Source: an uncultured archaeon
GTDB taxonomy: Archaea; Asgardarchaeota; Thorarchaeia; Thorarchaeales; Thorarchaeaceae
Reading direction: 5' to 3'
NCBI GenBank assembly: GCA_964354495.1
Contig: CAYHAA010000013.1
Span: 58,681-90,680 of the forward strand
Length of the DNA: 32,000 nt
The notes below the pieces were generated by a model. It did no database searches and was not told where the DNA came from. It saw nothing but the letters and a program-made list of their open reading frames with translations. Below are positions 26,365 through 32,000 of the stretch, one piece after another (position 1 is the stretch's first letter; each line of letters begins with the position of its first letter). Position numbers and translations under genes: made by a program.

Positions 26365-27153
26365 TTGAGGAAATTGGTCGCTGCTTGTATTCAGAATCTT
26401 GTCAAGTCCTTCGGAAGCCTCGTGGCAGTAAATGATGTAACCCTCGAAGTGCGGGAGGGTGAAACATATGGTATCTTGGGGCCGAATGGAGCCGGCAAGA
26501 CTACTACCATGAAATGCCTGATGGGGCTCTTAGATCCGGACAGTGGATCTTCCTCTATCTACGGGGTCAATTCATTGGAAAATCCAATTGAAGTCAAGAG
26601 GCTTGTGGGCTATGTGCCAGAAGAACACCAACTTTATGATTCTCTGACTCCTCGTGAGCTCTTCGAGTTTATCGCTTCTATCAGGGAGCTTCCAGAGGAA
26701 AGAACCAATAAAAGAATCAAAGAGATGGTGAAAGCATTTGACTTTGAGAAGTACTACGATTCAATGATTGTGACTCTCTCCCAAGGCAACAAGCAGAAGA
26801 CCATGCTAATCTCTGCTTTACTACATGCTCCCAAGCTCTTGATTCTGGATGAGCCATTTGTGGGTCTGGACGTTCGAACAACAAGGATGGTCAAGGACAT
26901 CATCAAGATACATGTTGAGGGCGCAGGTTCAGTATTGCTCTCCACGCACACCATGGAGGTTGCCCAAGGACTCTGCGATCGTGTTGGTATTATCGATGAT
27001 GGCGTCCTAGTCGCTGAGGGTTCGCTTGCGGAACTCAGGAGTCAAGCCCACGAAGAGAGCGCAACCCTCGAGAAGCTGTTTCTCAGACTCACAGAACAGG
27101 AAGAAGAGGTTCAAGTGGGTGTAGATGCACTTCGGGAGGCCCTCTCAGAGTGA
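26365..27153 (+). CDS. ABC transporter ATP-binding subunit (exporter type)
   Basis: Walker A GPNGAGKTT, LSQGNKQK signature, Walker B LLILDEP, H-loop LSTH. Confidence 0.95.
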   Translation: MRKLVAACIQNLVKSFGSLVAVNDVTLEVREGETYGILGPNGAGKTTTMKCLMGLLDPDSGSSSIYGVNSLENPIEVKRLVGYVPEEHQLYDSLTPRELFEFIASIRELPEERTNKRIKEMVKAFDFEKYYDSMIVTLSQGNKQKTMLISALLHAPKLLILDEPFVGLDVRTTRMVKDIIKIHVEGAGSVLLSTHTMEVAQGLCDRVGIIDDGVLVAEGSLAELRSQAHEESATLEKLFLRLTEQEEEVQVGVDALREALSE

Positions 27154-28793
27154 ATTTCAAAGAGCGATGGAGAATAGCAGGCATCATCGCAACTCAGATG
27201 AGGTTCGACGGATTTCTTGAGAGTAATCCAGGCAACGTGGCTCGAATCAAGGAGGATCCTCAGAGAATATCGAGGAGCGTAAAGTCCGCGAGTAGGATCA
27301 ATAGTCTCATGAGCGCTTTCATGATTGTTTTGTTGGCCACTCTCACAGTCGGTGCAGCTGGTTTTGGTGGCTCAGTGGGAGAACTTAATGTCAGGCTTGC
27401 TATAGGATTCTCATTCTTTATGGCACTCGCCTTTGTCTTGATATTCTTCCTCAATCTCACAACTACCACTGGATTCTTCACTTCGGGTGCCATGAAATTG
27501 CCAAGTTCCTTGCCCCTCAGTCGAAAAGACCTTGAGAATCTGGCAATACTTGCCTTTGCTCGGGTCTTCATTGCGCCTGCAGTATTGACAGCAACCTTGT
27601 TCCCAGTCGCATGTCTTATTCTATTCGGACCATTAGCAGGTCTAGTTACGTTCATTGGGTGTCTGGCGACAGTCTCAATTTCTCTTCGCTCACTTATTGG
27701 GTTCTCACGATGGTTCCAAGTGAAGATCCATTCATCAGGAGAATCGAAGCTAGGAACCATAGTGAGAATGGCGGCTACTATTGGGCTTGTGGTTGGAATC
27801 ATGAGTATCTATATGCTAGCCAGCTATGTTGTCTATATCGTTGAAGCAGTAATCGTGTTCGCGGAATCATTTGGTGGGACTTACCTAGTCCTTTCACTAC
27901 TATTCCCATTTTCATTCGGATTCTTGGCTTCAGCTGTTAGCCCAGGAGTAGTGTTTACTGATTGGATAATACCTCTGTCCTCGGCAGGTATGTCTTGCCT
28001 GTATGCATTGATTGCCCTTGTCTTCTACAGGCAGAGTGGGAGATTGCTGAGAAGTCTTGCCATTGGAGGAGTATCAACAGGGAAAACAGGACTCCTGAAA
28101 GAGATTGGCATCGAAACTCGAACACCATTAATGGCCGTCATTCGAAAGGACGTGAAGATGGCGACCAAGAGCGTCGGGTCAGCAATCGTGTTTGCATTCC
28201 CTATCTTCCTTGTGGTCATGCTGTATCCAATGATTGCAGGATGGTCAGACGAGGGACACCTCCGTAGCATTACTGCCCTCACGGCAGTGGCATATGCGAA
28301 TCTCTTTGCAGGGCTCACAGTTGTATCAGTCATGATGTTTGATACTCAGGGTGCGTCAATCCATGAAGGACTACCACTGAGTTCTAGACTGGTTCTAAGA
28401 GGAAAGACTGCAATCTCAGTCATTCCTTACATGATGACGATGATTCTGGTTGCTATCTTGCTTTCTCTATTCAACCCTATCACACCGCTTGTTGTCTTAA
28501 TCCCGATCATAGCCATTCCACTTGGCTATGCAGTACCAATGTCTGTAGGAGCAGCCTTGTATCGCTACAAGGGAGATGGCCGCGCAGTGGCAATCAATCT
28601 GACATCTGATCAAAAAATGGGCCTACTCGCAGGATTTGTCGGAGCAGTTGTTGGGCTTGGCCCACTGGTGTGCTTTGGCATCACCATGTTACTCACGGGG
28701 TCTCAAGTGTACAGTCTTATCGCGCAGATGCTTTGTACACTGGCCTTGGTCATCATAGCGCACTATCGACTTCCGAGACTGCTTAGGGATTGA
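27150..28793 (+). CDS. Putative ABC-2 type permease
   Basis: GTGA overlap with the ATPase gene; about 12 TM helices in two halves; VIRKDVKMATK, SLPLSRKDL, GLPLSSRLVLRGK. Confidence 0.8.
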   Translation: MNFKERWRIAGIIATQMRFDGFLESNPGNVARIKEDPQRISRSVKSASRINSLMSAFMIVLLATLTVGAAGFGGSVGELNVRLAIGFSFFMALAFVLIFFLNLTTTTGFFTSGAMKLPSSLPLSRKDLENLAILAFARVFIAPAVLTATLFPVACLILFGPLAGLVTFIGCLATVSISLRSLIGFSRWFQVKIHSSGESKLGTIVRMAATIGLVVGIMSIYMLASYVVYIVEAVIVFAESFGGTYLVLSLLFPFSFGFLASAVSPGVVFTDWIIPLSSAGMSCLYALIALVFYRQSGRLLRSLAIGGVSTGKTGLLKEIGIETRTPLMAVIRKDVKMATKSVGSAIVFAFPIFLVVMLYPMIAGWSDEGHLRSITALTAVAYANLFAGLTVVSVMMFDTQGASIHEGLPLSSRLVLRGKTAISVIPYMMTMILVAILLSLFNPITPLVVLIPIIAIPLGYAVPMSVGAALYRYKGDGRAVAINLTSDQKMGLLAGFVGAVVGLGPLVCFGITMLLTGSQVYSLIAQMLCTLALVIIAHYRLPRLLRD

Positions 28794-28819
28794 GCCCTCT
28801 GAATTCCTCTGAGCGAAGA

Positions 28820-28825
28820 TTAAAA
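28820..28825 (+). promoter_or_regulatory. Putative TATA box of rpe (leaderless spacing)
   Basis: TTAAAA preceded by purine-rich GCGAAGA, 23 nt before ATG 28849. Confidence 0.45.
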
Positions 28826-28848
28826 GCCAGCCTCGACAACTGTAGCAG

Positions 28849-29508
28849 ATGATGAAGCCACTACTTACACCCTCAATCCTCGCTGCAGACTTCGCCAATC
28901 TTGAGAGAGATATCAAGGCTGCAGAGAGAGGAGGAGCAGATTACTTCCATCTTGATATAATGGATGGCCATTTCGTGCCCAACATCTCCTTTGGACCTTG
29001 GGTAGCCAAGCTGATGAAAAAAATCACCGACAGACCTCTTGACGCTCACCTAATGATTACGAACCCGCGGGAGTATATTCCAGAATTCATAGAGGCTGGG
29101 GTCGAGCTCATCTACCCCCACATAGAGGCATCATACGACATTTACCGCACAGTCCAGATGATTACTGATCATGGGGCAAGAGCGGGCATCACCCTCAATC
29201 CAGCAACTCCGATTTCTTCTGTTGAGGGAGTGATAGACCTCATTGATGCCGTTTTGGTGATGAGCGTCTGTCCTGGATTCGGGGGTCAGAAGTTCATTCC
29301 ATCGAGCATGGACAGGATAACCGAGTTAAGGGAACTGCTAGACAGCCTCAAACCAAGCATTCGGATTGCAGTTGATGGTGGAGTAACTCTTGAGAACATT
29401 AGAAACCTCCGAAAGGCAGGAGCTGATTTCTTCATTGCGGGCTCTGCAGTATTCGAGGCACCGGATATCGAAGAGAGAGTACGCGCAATGAAGAAAGCCA
29501 TGAAATAA
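28849..29508 (+). CDS. rpe: Ribulose-phosphate 3-epimerase
   Basis: PSILAADF, HLDIMDGHFVPNISFG, DAHLMI, LNPATP, MSV.PGFGGQKF, VDGG, AGSAVF. Confidence 0.97.
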   Translation: MMKPLLTPSILAADFANLERDIKAAERGGADYFHLDIMDGHFVPNISFGPWVAKLMKKITDRPLDAHLMITNPREYIPEFIEAGVELIYPHIEASYDIYRTVQMITDHGARAGITLNPATPISSVEGVIDLIDAVLVMSVCPGFGGQKFIPSSMDRITELRELLDSLKPSIRIAVDGGVTLENIRNLRKAGADFFIAGSAVFEAPDIEERVRAMKKAMK

Positions 29509-29612
29509 GGGCTGCTTCAGGTCTTTTGTTACCGACCCTACGTTTTAAATCAGAAGGAATTCTAGACTAGATAGCACGGAGCACATCATGGCTCTAACAG
29601 GAGCAAGAACAA

Positions 29613-30263
29613 TTGAAATTCTTCATAGATACTGCCAATGTTCAAGAGATTCGCAAAGCGCACGAGAGAGGAATGGTCGATGGAGTTACCACAAATCCCT
29701 CGCTGGTCGCTAAGGAAGGAAAGGACTTCCGAAAGATCATCGATGAGATAGCCTCTTTCGTCAAAGGGCCAATCAGCCTTGAAGTTGTGAGCGAGAAAGC
29801 TGAGGGAATGCTGAAAGAAGCACGGGAGCTCAACAGCTGGATTGACAATGCTGCAATCAAGATACCTATGACATGGGAAGGCTTGAAGGCAGTCAAGCAA
29901 TGTTCGGATGAAGGAATCCAGACGAATGTCACACTCTGTTTCAGCGCGAATCAAGCACTCCTGGCTGCAAAGGCAGGAGCAACGTTCGTTTCACCTTTCA
30001 TTGGCAGGCTAGATGATGTCGGTCAGGTCGGTATGGAGCTGATTGAAAGCATCGGTCAAATCTATGCAAACTATGGGATAGATACAGAAATCATCGTCGC
30101 GAGCATCAGGCACCCAATTCATGTCTATGAGGCTGCTCTGATAGGCGCTGATATTGCCACAATTCCTCCCGAAGTCCTTGACAAAATGGTGAACCATCCG
30201 CTTACTGACGTCGGTATCAAGAGATTCCTTGAGGATTGGGAGAAAGTCAAAAAGATAAAATGA
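29613..30263 (+). CDS. tal: Transaldolase (short FSA/TalC family)
   Basis: [19 protein letters not shown] (Schiff-base Lys), [12 protein letters not shown] (Glu) and SPFIGR (Phe) are transaldolase-type rather than FSA-type (Gln/Tyr). Confidence 0.95.
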   Translation: MKFFIDTANVQEIRKAHERGMVDGVTTNPSLVAKEGKDFRKIIDEIASFVKGPISLEVVSEKAEGMLKEARELNSWIDNAAIKIPMTWEGLKAVKQCSDEGIQTNVTLCFSANQALLAAKAGATFVSPFIGRLDDVGQVGMELIESIGQIYANYGIDTEIIVASIRHPIHVYEAALIGADIATIPPEVLDKMVNHPLTDVGIKRFLEDWEKVKKIK

Positions 30264-30365
30264 GGAACACGCTTCTCGATATATCAGGAGTGAAAAAAGA
30301 GAGAAAGAACGTCGCACGAATGAATGACAAGAATGATATGCCGCTGCGTTGTGTGTCTTTAGTTA

Positions 30366-31931
30366 GTGGGATGGCCTTTGAAGATTGAAGCCGACCTCGT
30401 TGTCTTTAATGGAAACATAATAACCATGGATCCACAGCGACCAACTGCAACAGCTTTCATTGTGAAGAGCTATAGGATCCTTGCTATTGGTGACGATGCG
30501 GCAGTGCTCGATCTCGTACCCAATGCAAAGAGGGTCATTGACCTTGGAGGCAAGACAGTTGTTCCTGGCTTCATTGATGCACATACACACTTGACTAGCG
30601 CTGGTGTGAAAGAATCGTATATCAAATTGGATACTGTCAAATCTGTTGCTCAGGCGCTGAAGGTAATCAGAGATGATCTGCATCAATATTCTGAAGATGA
30701 GTGGGTTTTGGGGTTTGGTTGGGACGAAAGCGAATGGTCAACCAAACGTTACATCGATGGAAAGGACCTAGATAGCGTCAGCACTACGCAGCCCATTATG
30801 GTCACACGTGTGGACGGTCACCTTGCAAGCGTGAATAGAGTGGGCCTCAAGAAGTTGGGAATATCTCTGAATCAAGAAGGAGTTCAGAAGGACAAGAAAG
30901 GAAAACCTACGGGTATTCTAACGGATATTGACGAAGTATGGGAGAAGGTGAGACCATCTCCAGCCAAAACACGAGCAGGTGTCATTGCAGGGAACAATAT
31001 CGCCAATGAATGTGGGATTACCGCAGCCGTTGATAATGCAGCCATCGGCACTTTGAGACACATCCGCGAAGTGGAAGACATTCACGAACTCACAACGCGA
31101 ATGATTGTGAACGTTCCTGTGGAACAGATGAACCACCTTGTTGGATTAGGTTTGACGTCAGGAATGGGAAGCCCGCTCGTCAAGATTGGCGGTGTAAAAA
31201 TCTTCACAGATGGTTCAATTGGCGCAATGACTGCAGCTGTTTCGAAGGGGTATCGCAGAGAACTGATGAACAAGGGCAGAATACTCCTCCCAAAGAGGAG
31301 GTATGCATCCATTGTACGAAAAGCAGTTGAAAACAATATCCAGACTGCGACGCATGCAATTGGTGACGATGCCATCGAGATGGTGATATCGACCTTCGAA
31401 GATATCGAGGACAAGAGCCTGCTTCGTGTCCAACGTCACAGAATTGAGCATGCAGAGCTGATTAGTGAGTATCAAATCAGAAGAGCAGTGAGTCTAGGAC
31501 TGATTCTCTCAATGCAGCCGAACTTCGTTGGTAGGTGGCAACAGAAGGGAGGGCTCTATGAGGAGAGATTTAATGAAGAAATTGTCCGAGGAATGAACAT
31601 GTTTCGTGTGGCGCTAGACAATGGTGCTCGACTGTGCTTTGGTTCAGATGGCATGCCATACGGACCGCTCTATGGCATCTGGTCAGCAACAACACACTCG
31701 AATGATAGAGTCAGATTGACTGTTGATGAGGCATTGCGGTGCTACACGATGGAGAGCGCATATTCTGTCTATCTTGAGAAGACACTGGGAAGTCTGGCGG
31801 TTGGCAAACGGGCTGACTTTGTTGTACTCTCAGAAAACATTCTAGAGATACCGCCAGCCAGAATCAAGGATGTCCGCATAGAGATGACAGTTGTAGGCGG
31901 CCTCGTAGAGTACTCTGCGCCGCGACCCTGA
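30366..31931 (+). CDS. Amidohydrolase family 3 (YtcJ-like) metal-dependent hydrolase
   Basis: DLGGKTVVPGFIDAHTH, VKIFTDGSIG, HAIGDDAI, RHRIEHAE, FGSDG, GSLAVGKRADFVVLS. Confidence 0.93.
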   Translation: MGWPLKIEADLVVFNGNIITMDPQRPTATAFIVKSYRILAIGDDAAVLDLVPNAKRVIDLGGKTVVPGFIDAHTHLTSAGVKESYIKLDTVKSVAQALKVIRDDLHQYSEDEWVLGFGWDESEWSTKRYIDGKDLDSVSTTQPIMVTRVDGHLASVNRVGLKKLGISLNQEGVQKDKKGKPTGILTDIDEVWEKVRPSPAKTRAGVIAGNNIANECGITAAVDNAAIGTLRHIREVEDIHELTTRMIVNVPVEQMNHLVGLGLTSGMGSPLVKIGGVKIFTDGSIGAMTAAVSKGYRRELMNKGRILLPKRRYASIVRKAVENNIQTATHAIGDDAIEMVISTFEDIEDKSLLRVQRHRIEHAELISEYQIRRAVSLGLILSMQPNFVGRWQQKGGLYEERFNEEIVRGMNMFRVALDNGARLCFGSDGMPYGPLYGIWSATTHSNDRVRLTVDEALRCYTMESAYSVYLEKTLGSLAVGKRADFVVLSENILEIPPARIKDVRIEMTVVGGLVEYSAPRP

Positions 31932-31935
31932 GGTG
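31930..31935 (+). promoter_or_regulatory. Shine-Dalgarno site of mutL
   Basis: GAGGTG, 5 nt before ATG 31941. Confidence 0.6.
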
Positions 31936-31940
31936 TTATA

Positions 31941-32000
31941 ATGGGCAAGGTCAGAGCTCTGACCAAGGACCTTGTGTCCCTGATCTCGGCTGGCGAGGTC
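31941..32000 (+). CDS. mutL: DNA mismatch repair protein MutL, first 20 codons only
   Basis: MGKVRALTKDLVSLISAGEV matches the MutL N-terminus (I..L......IAAGEV); mutS is 10.4 kb upstream on the same strand. Only 20 aa are visible. Confidence 0.8.
   Translation, partial: MGKVRALTKDLVSLISAGEV

Noticed and set aside
27260-27802. 180-aa minus-strand ORF, and similar antisense ORFs over tal, the amidohydrolase and GGR (e.g. 29586-29954, 31082-31414, 13276-13788)
   Set aside because: Each lies wholly opposite a confident gene and has no recognisable domain.
30288-30312. Purine run GTGAAAAAAGAGAGAAAGAAC after tal as a terminator
   Set aside because: Archaeal terminators are T-rich on the sense strand; this run is A-rich on the tal strand, and no minus-strand gene ends there.

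Overview
Archaeal-type chromosomal window. An Asgard (Thorarchaeota-like) source is my impression only, based on TATA-like boxes, overlapping stop/start codons, GGAGGTG Shine-Dalgarno sites and archaeal-type Nuo/GGR proteins. The left half (1-17.8 kb) is a bioenergetic locus. A minus-strand complex I-like operon runs nuoA-J-K-C-D-H-I-M-L-M off the window edge, with no nuoE/F/G in the window and no nuoB inside the operon. The missing NuoB, with all four N2 cysteines, is the C-terminal domain of a 646-aa fusion whose N-terminal ~450 aa is a GlcD/D-lactate-dehydrogenase-family FAD-linked oxidoreductase. A GlcF/HdrD-like Fe-S/CCG protein is encoded head-to-head with the fusion. The fusion gene and the nuo operon share a 21-bp upstream element (19/21 identical). 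The operon has two NuoM genes, and NuoL carries a 26-residue tandem unit in its lateral helix, as expected for an extra-antiporter ('2M') complex. Several quinone-site and E-channel residues are non-canonical. Next come menA, a long-chain-type polyprenyl synthase and a geranylgeranyl-reductase-family gene. Best hypothesis: a flavin-input, menaquinone-linked, extra-pump complex I in which an FAD oxidoreductase fused to NuoB replaces the NADH module. The right half holds mutS, a decaying segment (frameshifted MFS, polyprenyl-synthase remnant, truncated FAD oxidoreductase), a GT87-like glycosyltransferase, a membrane-anchored wHTH regulator, an ABC exporter, rpe, tal, an amidohydrolase and the first 20 codons of mutL. 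All family assignments come from motif reading, not database searches.
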